Origin: Macrostomum hystrix
Lineage: Eukaryota > Animalia > Platyhelminthes
Assembly (NCBI GenBank): GCA_950097015.1
Contig: CATNEN010000002.1
Coordinates: forward strand, 5,084,001 to 5,148,000
Direction of reading: 5' to 3'
Length of the DNA stretch: 64,000 bases
Shown: positions 24,707 to 36,400 of the stretch, in pieces
Position numbering within the stretch: the stretch's first letter is position 1
How the letters are laid out: every line of letters begins with the position of its first letter
The notes under the pieces: generated by a model
The model's input: the letters and a program-made list of their open reading frames with translations, nothing else
The model's database searches: none
What the model was told of the DNA's origin: nothing
Position numbers and translations under genes: made by a program

Positions 24707-25465
24707 AGTCCCAAAAATTTAATCAAGGAAAACTGAAAGGTTCAAATCAATATAAGCAAAGGATCAAAAGGCGCAGAAAATATGAAGGCCTATTGTTTCT
24801 CAAAACACTAAAGACGACAATAAACTCAACTCGAGAAGTCCAATTTATTTTCAAGGTCGATCGACCCATATTTTAGCAGTTTCTTCCAGTTTTTTTAGTA
24901 CATCCAACCATGAATTCATATCTCGAGCATTTATAGCTTCTTAATCAGATATTAAAAGCCATATAAAGGACGAAAAAATCTAGATTAAAACCGACAATTG
25001 ATATGATATCACACACAAAAACTTAATTCGCAACTTATCCATTCCCAAGATATTACTTTTTATTAAAAACAAAAAAATTCGTCTGACTACTCACAGTAAA
25101 GGCAAAAGCTACTTTCATACTCGTATGAGACAATCAGCAGCCCAATTTATACATTTCGTAGAAACTGAAGTACTCAATTAGATAGCGAAATATTTGAAGG
25201 AAAATCTGTAGGTCCTGGCCTTTTATTCCATACTGTAAGTGAAAACACTTAGTGAATAGCAAGTTTTTTAAGTACATCGTTTGGAAAAAAGTTGTTTAAA
25301 AATGTTTTAACGTCAGTATATAAAAATATTAGTATAATAGTTGATTACCGAAAGTAACCACAAGCTAAAAGTTCCGTACGTGGGTCCTGCTTTTGATAAT
25401 TAAAAAAACTTTAAAGCATATATTCAAGTTCGATATTTTTGCCTTCCTACATAAAATCAAACCTT

Positions 25466-26766
25466 TTAAATAATCAGCATTTCAATCTCTTTCAGTGAAT
25501 AATGATAGCTGAATGGGACACTCCACATGATACCCTGTGCTTTCGGACCATCGATCGCATCAACAAAGTTCTTGTACTGCCCGTTCGGATTAGCCAGGTA
25601 GCACGATTTGTACCACCAGGCGCCAGAAAAGGACACCGCACAGTTTTCTGTCTTGGCATCGTGATCCGCATCCATTGTGGAGAACTGCAAGCCGTCGCTG
25701 TAAGTCAGGCAGTCTCCCACCCCGCGTGAAGCAGAGAAGCCTGAAATGCTGAGCGTGTAGTTTGTGAACTCGGAACCCACTGAGAAGCTGGAGTACTCGG
25801 CCCAATACTCAGTGTCATTCCACAGCTTCATCAGTACCCTCAGCTTCCGGACTGATGGCGAAGTCAGGGCATGCAGCGAGTCAAGTCCTGTAGATAAATG
25901 TGTCAATAAGATAGGGAATTTTCCGGAATCTGATTGTTGCCACTAAACTGCTATGCGCCTACCAATCCAGTAGTTTCTGTCGGGTCCCTCGCCGAACTCT
26001 CTCTGGTACTGAGTCCAGTTGCGGTAAAAGTCCACCGAGCCGGACACCCTGTGCTGCACGGTGGTCCAGCACTCACTGATGGCTGCACTTTGCAGCAGCT
26101 GAAATTGAGGCAACATTGCTTCGCAAAAGAATTCAGACAGCTTAATAATAATAATAACAATAATTGCAGGAGGGCTGTGGGCAATGGCACGTTATTTAGT
26201 GACACAAGACTACGCAGGCAAACGCTCACACAAGTGTGTACATCTGCCCTGACATTTTCATCGTCAGGCAGTATAAAATCTCACTGTGCCTTGGAGGTTG
26301 GCCCTCAAGGGTGTAAATTGCACGACAAGCCCCCAAGCCTTCTCTCCGCGGCTGCGCCCCAAATGAATGTGGCCTCGCCGTGGAATCTAACTTAGGAACC
26401 GTGGTGCCACCGACCCCCATTCAGTCAGCTTGTTTAGTGGAAAACAAGTGACTTTGAAAGCTCGCTCACCCAAACATGCTGATTTTCCCTGCTCTCACTG
26501 TAGCATCTTCTGCAGTGGCTCAGGCCCAGGCGACACCTGAAGTGAGTGCACAGCCTTGAGCTGGCATTGAAGGCCACCAGCTGCACAGTTGAGTCTTGGC
26601 TAGCAGCTGCGGAGCACTCGCTTGGAGACTCGGCGCGGTGCGACGTCCCGGCTTCGTAGCGAGATGGGTTGTCGCGGCTTGACAGCCAGACTTTAACGGT
26701 TGTTGGAGAGGCCGGCTGCAGGAGCAGTGCTAGCAGAAGAGCCAGTGAGGCATTGGCGAATCGCAT
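25466..26766 (-). CDS. FReD gene H, ~284 aa, intact
   Basis: Exons 26766-26470, 26098-25963 (in-frame acceptor TTTCAG|CTG gives 4 extra codons) and 25887-25466. Confidence 0.85.
26142..26420 (-). mobile_element. SINE family 1 copy in intron 1 of gene H
   Basis: Reverse complement of the family body, with a (TTA)n tail at 26142-26165. Confidence 0.85.
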
Positions 26767-27287
26767 TCCGTGTATCGCTTGCGTGAGATGATTTTTGCAA
26801 GCAAAGAAACTTTGAATCTCTTATATGCGATTTCGAATAAAATGAATAAAAAAAACTTTCAGTGTGCTAATCAAAGAACTAGAAATGTCGAGGACAAGAT
26901 AGGTAATTGGATATTTATACGTTCTATTTACAGACAGCTCGTGACCCGGAAAATTTTAGTATTTGCGGATGTGAGCCAACATAAAAATGTTACGTTTACA
27001 TGTGCAAAATGCACTAATTTGTTAACTTGTTAGTTTGCTAATTTGCTTGCGTAACTCACCTTTTGTGTTTTTTGAGAGATCTGCTGTCGTGGGTCTGAGA
27101 ACTGTCAAGATTTCTAGGCTCTATTAAAAAATATGTCACAGCGAATGGCAGTGTGTTTATGGAGCCTCGATAAGCAATTCTGATTGGTTCGCTTAACATG
27201 AGATTATTTTGGATGTCTACTTGCATTGTATTCGAGAAAAATTTCTAGCATGATGACTTTTAAAAAACTAACAATGGTCAAAATTTC

Positions 27288-27614
27288 AGGGGAGAGCAGT
27301 TGATGTGTTGCCTCTCGCACCGAGGTCCCTGAGCTCGACTCCGCGGCGATGCGACATTCATTTGGGGCGCAGCCGTGGAGAGAAGGCTTGAGGGCTTTTA
27401 TGTCATGTGCAATTTACGCCCTTGAGGGCCAACCTCCAAGGTACATAGAGAGTGCACACTGCCTGACAATGAGAAAGTCAGGGCAGATGTACACACCTGT
27501 GTGTGTGTGCTCAGGAGTCAGCAGAATGGGCAGAATTGCTTCCTCGCTGGCTACGGTTCTAGTGTCACCAAATGATGCCATTGCCCGCAGCCCTCCTTTA
27601 ATTATTATTATTAT
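27288..27614 (+). mobile_element. SINE family 1 copy
   Basis: GCCTCTCGCACCGAGGTCCCTGAGCTCGACTCC head, family body, (TTA)n tail. Confidence 0.85.
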
Positions 27615-28557
27615 CATTTTTGTTTGTTTATTATTAGTTTCGATTTCCGCCTTCAACATTTATATTACATTTATAAAATAAGCGCACACTTTTCCTGAAT
27701 TATGAACTTTTGTTTTGTTCGGCTGTTTAGTCCATGGACTGGGGGTGCCACACCCACCGTCAACTACCCCAGCTAATGCAAGCTTGCTTGCAGTACTCAT
27801 TTAATAGCTTTACTAATGAATAACATAGGTAACAATGGTCAAGACAGTGTTAACTGTGTTGTTATGTGACACAATTTTCCATTGTAGTCGAATCGAACTC
27901 TCAGCTTTCAAGTCGTGAGTTAAACCAACTTGGTTTTACATATGTATTGTTAATTTATGAAGGCCCGTTCGCAGAAAAATGGTGTATTTACAATGTCACT
28001 TATTCTCATATTATATATGTTCATAACAGCACAAATTGACAAGACAGAACAGATACAATAAAAAACCCTTTGGACTGCGCAAATTTTTATTATGTTTACT
28101 TTCCAAGACGACTTGAATCAGTATGTACGAGTAAGAATGTTAGATCGTGAAGACTTTTGTAACTTCCTTATGTATATCTATACCAAGGTTATATAATGCT
28201 TCTCCACTCTGCGTCAATAGTTATACCAAATAATAGTTTGGAACTTTTTTATTCAAGCAAGGTGAATAGTTCAAACAGGAATTTCCTTTTAAGTTAAAAA
28301 ATATTGCTGTAGAAGAAGCAGCGAAGTTCCTTTTCAAAGATATCACAAAATTGCAAAATGTTTGTATCGGGTGAACTGCATGACAGTTCGTTCATGAATA
28401 ATTGCCAGCAAAATTCTTGCATGAAATTGCTGTCGGGACAGCATAACGGCTCAGGTAATTTTAATGACGATTGATGCGTATCTGCCAGGTCAACACTTTT
28501 TCTGCTTATTGTGTCTCATTGTTGCGAACTTGACAGGTGGCATAGGGCATCGGCTTG

Positions 28558-29662
28558 TTAGTTAATCAGCATTTCTATCTCTTTAAGTGAGTAGTAGAAT
28601 CCTGAAGGAACACTCCAGATGATGCCCTGAGCATATGAGCCTCCGATAGCAATTGGAAAGTCCTTGAACTGTCCATTCGGATGAAATGCGAAGCACGATA
28701 CGAACCACCAGGCACCATTGTACATTACAGCACAGTTTCCCGAATAATAATCGTGATCAGCGTCAAATGTACTGAACTGAGTATTGTTGTGGAACGACAT
28801 GCAGTCCCCGACACCAGGAGAAGCAGAAAATCCAAAAACACTGAGCTTGTAGTTTGTAGACTCGGAACCCACGGCGAAGTTCGAGTACTCAGCCCAGCTC
28901 TCGGTGTCATTCCACAGCTTCATAAGTACTCGCAGCTTCCGATCTCCAGACTTTGTCAAGGTGTGTAGCATGTTCAGACCTGAACAGAAATTGTTTGTTT
29001 AAATGCAGCAGTTATGATCAGAAAATTCCCAAGGAACCTCCATGAAAACGAATGAGCCACAACGAAGTTAGCACTCAATCGTTACGCATAACCCCCTATT
29101 AATTTCCTTGGTCAGATGGGCTCGCGCAATCTCTCTCGCCTCTAATTTTTAGCATCATACCAATCCAGTAGTTTCCGTCGGGTCCCTCGCCGAACTCGCT
29201 CTGGTACTGAGTCCAGTTGCGGTAAAAGTTCACCGAGGCGGACACCCTGTGCTGCACGGTGGTCCAGCACTCACTGATGGCGATCTGAAAGTGAAATCAT
29301 GTAGATGAATAAAGTCAGTGCTCAAGAAAGCTCATTGAGCTGTCACTCACCCACACTCGCTGAGTTCCCTGGTTCGCATTGCGGCACTTCCTGCAGTGGC
29401 TCAGGCCCAGGCGACACCTGAAGTGAGTGCACAGCCTTGAGCTGGCATTGAAGGCCACCAGCTGCGCTGCGTAGTCGATTGTTGCTTTAACAATGCAGTC
29501 CACTTCCGTGGCAGTTGTGTACGACTTGGCGACCTCATAATCTGCGAGGCTGTCAAGACTCGATCTCCATTTTCGTTCAACCGAACTGACTTCAATGGCA
29601 TTGCAGTTCAAGACTGCAGCTAGCTGGACGAGAGGAATGATCGCAATCGGATTCAGTCGCAT
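28558..29662 (-). CDS. FReD gene I, ~285 aa, intact
   Basis: Exons 29662-29351, 29284-29161 and 28979-28558. Exons 1-2 are near-identical to gene G; exon 3 is different. Confidence 0.9.
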
Positions 29663-30712
29663 ACTGCACTTCTTCCTGCTTTGGCAAAAGCTTTTGAAAT
29701 TTTCTCTTCGCCAAGCAAACAATTTACTTAACAGTTTTCAGTCGTTTGTCTTCACTTGAATTGTTTTGCGTGACAACTAACTCTTCTGAAAAGCCCAGTT
29801 TTTTTCGAAATTTCTACTATTGCGTCTGAATTAAAAATTTAATGAGGCCATGAATAATTGTAGCATATAGCATAAGTGGCACTTCACATTCTGGTTAGAC
29901 TGTTAATTAGTGTAGCAGGTATGCTGGCAGACAAGTCTAGCTTTTTAGATGCTTCGCTAACAAAATCCCTCAATACCCTCGGTAATCAAACTAACTAGAA
30001 GACTAGCTCTGTACCATTCAGGTAGAGGCCTTCCAGCGCAGACATTTTTCTCTGAATTTCGGTCAGAAGTTTTTATGCCCTTGCCTGGAATACACTTCTC
30101 CGTCAATGATGCCCCTGATGATCCAGGAAGCTGGACTGCTGTGACTGCTACCGTCTGAGATCGCCGCATTAAGTCGATTCTACAAAACCAGCGAGCAGAA
30201 GAGAGTACAGTACGTATAAGTTTTCCAGGTAGAATCACCCGAAAACAATTTTCAAACACAGAATTTGAATACTGTGACATTTTCGCTCGTACTCACATTC
30301 AAATATGAGCAAGCGAATATTTTTTTAGGAAAATTCTGCTTCATTCTCACTTCAAATTTTGTTGTCGTCTATAAAAACAGCTGGTATTATAAACGAAATT
30401 CTTCGTTTTACCTAAATTTGGCTATTTACGCTCGTAGCTTGCAACTTGCCACTGATCAGGTCGACAAGATGACTAAAATATAACAGCTAGGTTTTGTCCT
30501 AAAATGTCCAGCCTAACAACTCAAGGTTTATACCCAACGCATCTCAGAATCTAACCTATCTCTCAGCAAGTTGTCTAATCCGTTACGATGCTTGACTGAC
30601 TAGCAAGTAGCAATGATATAGCCAAACGAAACCGATGTCTTCAAAACAATGAGAGGTGAGACAGTCATGCATGATTGATACGCTGTTAAAAAACTATATT
30701 ATTGTCAAGTTC

Positions 30713-30852
30713 TAGCTAACCTCACCTACCTGAATTGATGTACAATTAGCACCTGTCGATATCGAGCGAGCTGGGGTTGCCTTTCTTGGGAATCGGCACG
30801 GTAATTGACAGGTGCTAATTGTACACCAATTCAGGTAGGTGAGGTAGGCTAC
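30713..30852. mobile_element. Small MITE or foldback with a 38-bp inverted repeat
   Basis: CCTCACCTACCTGAATTGATGTACAATTAGCACCTGTC (30720-30757) pairs with 30807-30844 with one mismatch. Confidence 0.7.
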
Positions 30853-30857
30853 TCGTA

Positions 30858-31790
30858 CCGTCCTGGGCGCTCTACGATTGAACAAGTCACCGCAATCCGC
30901 TGCGTCATTGAGACCTGCAGAACGCGTCAGCTGTCAGGTCTCAATCGGCTTCGTCGACTTCAGAAAAGCATTTGATTCTGTAATCAGGTCCGCGATTGCA
31001 GCGGGTCTGGCTCAGCACGGAGTACCCTGGCTGATCATCAAGGTGTTCATGGACTTCTCTTGCGGCTTATGCGCCTTCATTAACACCAGTGATGGCCCAA
31101 CTGAGGAATTCCTAACGACATCCGGAGTCCTCCAAGGCGACACGCTGTATCCCTTCCTCTTTGTGGTTGTGGTTGACTTCGTGTTGCGACAGGCCATCAG
31201 CGAAGAGGACAGCTTCATCCTTGCGCGCCAGCGCAGCTCTCGCTAACCGGAAGTGCTTCTCGGCTGCCTCGCGTATGCTGACGACATCGCGTTCCTGTGC
31301 CGTGACCCCGAGACGGCTCAGTGAGCCCTGCATCGCCTGGCGCTGGAAAGCTCAAAAGTCGAACTGCAGATCAACGCCACAAAGACCAAGGTGCTGTGCG
31401 TTTGCACTGCAACAAGGCCCGACCTCTACCTGCCGGACGGCGTACCTGTGGACGCCTACGATGATTTCTGCGACCTAAGGTATGTCGGTAATAAGCGCTG
31501 ACGTAACTGTGGAGATACGCATGTGTATGGCCTGGCGCGCCACGCAGCTGTTGCGCTCGATCTTCAAATCCGAGGACACTGACTTTCTCAAGCTGTCCTT
31601 GTTCCAAGCAGCAGTGCTTCTCCTGGCCTATGGCAGGAAGCGGTTCCTTTAACGCCGGCGCGCGATGCCACCATCGATGCTGCTCACCAGCTGCATGTGT
31701 GCTGCTCTCGGCATCAGCGCTAACGAGACCATCAGCAATTAAGACTTCTACGCTCGCAGCGGCAGGAAGTCGTTGTCCACCACCAGGCTA
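30858..31790 (+). mobile_element. Degenerate non-LTR retrotransposon (LINE, RTE-like) reverse transcriptase fragment
   Basis: RPGRSTIEQV, FVDFRKAFDSV, GVLQGDTLYPFLF, LAYADDI and QINATKTKVL motifs, with stops and frameshifts. Confidence 0.9.
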
Positions 31791-32453
31791 CACTTATTTA
31801 GCATATATGAATTTGTATATTTTACACACTGACAGGGTACGTTAGGTTTAAAATATTGGATAAAAAAGTTATCATCAGGACAGCTGCTAGAATAACAGTT
31901 AACTTTAATAAACTGCAGACACTTGCACTCAATGCAGGTTTACAGAGCACTCAGTGAAAGCAGTCTGTACTACAGACAGCACCTGTTTAATTTCCACGTG
32001 CTATACCAGATCAATGAGTTTATTTTAGAGTACACACAATAAACAAGAAAGTTCTTAAAAAAACAGTAGAAAAGTTGACACATAATTATGATAACAAAAA
32101 GTTGAACTCAGTGCCTTAAGCTGTAATTTTAGGAACATAGACTGATTTAAGTAGTCGACAATAAAATATTTCTTAAGAATTACGACTCCTTGACTATTTG
32201 TGTGTCAGAGATTCAGCATTCAGGTCTATCATACAATAGTGTAGGGGATTTAAAATTAAAGTTACATAAAATTCAACCCAAGCGAAAGACAATTTGCTAG
32301 ATAATGGCATAATGAGGGTCATTTGGCATATGAAAGGAGATAATGTCTGAATTGGGGGATGATTTAGCATATTTGATTAATTGACCAACTAAGCCGACTA
32401 AACCTGGGCAGAAAGCGCATTTTTTAACTCAAGTATCACCAGGTGCTAGAGAT

Positions 32454-33053
32454 CTATCTATCTATCTATTTTGCAGGGGGGCCCGGGGCACTTGTCGCAC
32501 AAGCGACGGAGCGGCACGCCCCCGACCGGCGAACTAGGCGCTTTTGCGCCCATCGCGCCGCCTCCCCTGAGCAGGCACCACACACAGCAGCACAGACCAG
32601 CCGGGGAGGGCAGGAGGCACCCAGAATAGGCAGCAGTGTCCCACACCCCAGCCCCACACGCACATAGCAGACCAAGCCGGGGCGGAAGGCTGATAAGAAA
32701 TCAGTCCTCAGGGGGGGCCGGGTGATGAGTGTACACTTATCCAATCGCGCTGACGGAAGTCCAGAAAGCGCGCGGCGGTGTACACCCGCCCTCCAGCCAC
32801 CCCCCGCAAGGTCTCACGCCCCAGCGCCAACGCACACGCCACACAACTCACGCAACGCAGAACAGGCACACAGAGGTAGGAGCGAAGCTATTATTTCAAG
32901 CTTTGATTGCACGAAATATGGTGCACCTCCGCCGGTCGCTACTGTCCAAACCCCCCAACAAGCCCCGAAATTAATCGTGAATTGAAGGGTAAATCGAACT
33001 AGCGTCCTTTGGAGTGCGAGGCAGCGACGTTAGCCGCTGACCCACTCGCCCCT
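32454..33053 (-). mobile_element. tRNA-derived SINE family 3, 600 bp, recent insertion
   Basis: Perfect 13-bp target-site duplication AGGTGCTAGAGAT (32441-32453 and 33054-33066); head AGGGGCGAGTGGGTCAGCGG..AGTTCGATTT; (ATAG)n tail. Confidence 0.85.
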
Positions 33054-33475
33054 AGGTGCTAGAGATTCAGGACTATCGTACAATAGTTATTGATAAAGGA
33101 TACAAACTCTATAAGAAGTACAATGTATTTAAACATCGATTTTTTAATGCAAATGTAGGACGAGAAAAAAACTGAACAAAACTATGATCACCATATTTAG
33201 TGTCAATGAATGCCTGAACTTGAAAAATTGAAATGTAATATCAACCTAGAAAATTAAAAGAAAAAACTTTGGTATATAGGCTAAAAAACCGTCAGAAAAA
33301 ATGCTTCTTATTAAAATATCGATCCAGAGTTTGGAATAGTTAGTAAATTGTATATTACTAAGACAATATGAGAAGTCGCAGCTAACGCGAAATCGTGAAA
33401 AGTCACTATAAAGGTTAAGTATTTTATAGTGACTTTGGCAAGCTGAAATTTGACCTCACATCGCATCGCACCTAT

Positions 33476-36400
33476 TCACTCCACCTGGACTGACTGGCCG
33501 ATGAGAACAGTTACAAACTGCTCATCTGGCACATCCTGGTCCAACCGTTCCGCCGCCAGATCCTTGGGCGGATCCATCGCCGCCTGATAAATTGAAGAAT
33601 TGGAAGGCTGACCCGTGCGTTCACTTGATTAGCGAACTCGAGACACCTGACAATATACAATTTTCTTACCTCACTAGTGCCCATATCGAAGGTTCCCCAG
33701 TGAATGCCGACAGATTTGGCACTATCCAAGTCTTTGTGAATCCATACGGCCTCTTTTGGTGAGACGTGCTGTGGACTGAGCAGGTGTCTGCAATCAAATG
33801 GTCACTGAGGTTTAATCTGTGTTTTAGTCTCATCACTGGGGTTTAATCAGTGTTTTGGTATCGTCACTGGGGTTTAATCTGTGTTTTGGTATCGTCACTG
33901 AGTTTTAACCTGTATTTTGGTATCGTCACTGGGGTTTAATCAGTGTTTTAGTATCGTCACTGGGGTTTAACCTGTGTTTTGGTATCGTCACTGGGGTTTA
34001 ATCAGTGTTTTAGTATCGTCACTGGGGTTAAACCTGTGTTTTGGTATCGTCATTGAGGTTTAATCTGTGTTTTGGTATCGTCACTGGGGTTTAATCTGTG
34101 TTTTGGTATCGTCACTGACTTTAATCTGTGTTTTGGTATCGTCACTGGGTTTTAATCAGTGTTTTAGTATCGTCACTGGGGTTTAACCTGTGTTTTGGTA
34201 TCGTCACTGAGGTTTATACTGTGTTTTGGTATCGTCACTGAGTTTAATCTGTGTTTTGGTATCGTCCCTGAGTTTAATCTGTGTTTTGGTATCGTCACTG
34301 GGGTTTAATCTGTGTTTTGGTATCGTCACTGAGTTTAATCTGTGTTTTAGTCTCATCACTGGGGTTTAATCTGTGTTTTGGTATCGTCACTGAGTTTAAT
34401 CTGTGTTTTGGTATCGTCACTGGGGTTTAATCTGTGCTTTGGTATCGTCACTGGGGTTTAATCTGTGCTTTGGTATCGTCACTGAGTTTTAACCTGTATT
34501 TTGGTATCGTCACTGAGTTTAATCTGTGTTTTGGTATCGTCACTGAGTTTAATCTGTGTTTTGGTATCGTCACTGGAGTTTAATCTGTGTTTTGGTCAAG
34601 TATCAAATACCTGGGCAGGTAGGCGCCTATTGGAATAGCCGACAGTCGCATTGGACCAAACTGCTGTCGAATCTGTTTGAACAGTCTGTCCTCGTAGCCG
34701 GTATCTCCGCCGAAGAAGCAGTTGCTGCCACCATCCGGTCTCAGAACGTAGCTGCCCCACAGGCTGCGATTCGTGTCCAACATGCTGCGAGAGCTCCAGT
34801 GCTTGGACGGAGTGAAAGTGATGGTCAGGCCGCCATCAAAGCTGGAATCGCTGCTGCCTTTTGAGCTCTGTTGTTGCGAGTTCGTATTGGAAAAATATAA
34901 TGAGACTCGTCAAGCTGTTATTCTACGAAATACCAACATAGTTAATTACAATATACGCTCGTACTCAATAATAACAGCCCACATGATGAAATTTTGTAAG
35001 CATAATTTTTTGCTGGTTTTTACCACCGGACACCTCGACGAGAATCATTGAATATCTCGACAGTGCTGATGTTTTGTGATTCTGGAAGTTGTTTCATCGT
35101 GTTCTGCATTTTTATGGCGATTAGTTGAATATTTTAAGACATACAGAAAAAAAGAAATATGTGGGCATTTGAAATACCCCTCTATGGTATTTTAGTGTAA
35201 AAAACTACTTTTTTAACACGCACAGGAAAGATTGTGCATTTGTATCACGCGGGGTGGCTTCATAATTATAACAAAAACAATCAGGCCACAGCTACAGCTT
35301 GAATTCACTAAGACTTACCGGACTTGCCTTAGCCGGCAGCTGAACATTCTCCCACCACTCTAGCTCACGGATGTTCCTACATCCCAGGCTCTGCATCAGG
35401 CGACCATCGCCTTTGGGCACGCAGAAGACTGCATTCGGCTGCAGCCTGGCGAGCTGCTGGATGGTGGCGGAGTCAAAATGGTCATAGTGGTTATGGCTGA
35501 TGCACACAGCATCCAAAGGCAGCAACTGTTCCAGGCCGCAGGGAGGCTGTCGATAGCGCAGCGGTCCGGCGAACTGGACGGGCGAGCAGCGCTGGCTGAA
35601 CACCGGGTCGAACAGGACCCGGTGCCCGGTGTCAGCGAAGGAGAACAGGCAGCAGGCGTGGCCAAGCCATGTCAGTGAGACGCCGCTGCTGGGCTGCTGC
35701 GAAAAAAGGCAAGAAAAAAACATTTGAAGACAGAAAGACTGCAACATCTTCCAAAATTATCCACAGCAACTCTCAGAGCACATGCTCGTCCCATATACTA
35801 TTTAATGTATAATTTATCGTTCATTTCGGCGCAGAGAACGCCTTGGGTGCTTGTCGTGCAATATTGACGACTACGAGCTAATTGAAGATTGCGAAGATTC
35901 TCATCTTCACACTGCCTGAAGATGAGAAAGTCAATGGCAGATGTTCACACCTATGAGTGCGTGCCTGCGTACTGTATATCAGTGTGTCACATGCTGCGGT
36001 GACAAATCCACCAACACATATTTCATTGTTAACAGTAGAACTAACAATTACCCCTTGACAATTTTTTTGTTGCACCAGGAGGGAACAATGCAAGCACACG
36101 AAACGCAAGAACACGGGCCAAATTTTTGTTGCTTAATCAATGCCAGCTCTTGAGACCGTCGAGATATTTGTTTTTTTTCTGGCCGAAGGTCAGTTTTTTT
36201 CCATTTGTGCTAGTGTATTTTCATACACCCATTTACACGAATTAGCACTGCGCCTCAGTGCGGCCTTGCCAGGCCTTCAAACTTTATCAGCATGTCATCC
36301 GAATCTGCGTCATCTCCGTCTTAGGTGGTCACCCACTTTTATCTAGACGAATTCACTGGAACTTCAAGGGCTACAACTGGTAGAAATTGTAGGCCACCAT

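Noticed and set aside
3987-29662. Dscam-style mutually exclusive exon array
   Set aside because: Every exon 3 has its own exon 1 and exon 2 with a start codon and a stop, so these are separate genes. Read-through or trans-splicing between neighbours cannot be excluded, but nothing in the sequence demands it.
33801-34597. CRISPR-like appearance of the 31-bp array (and the other arrays)
   Set aside because: Units are head-to-tail with no unique spacers, there are no cas genes, and the context is a eukaryotic intron.
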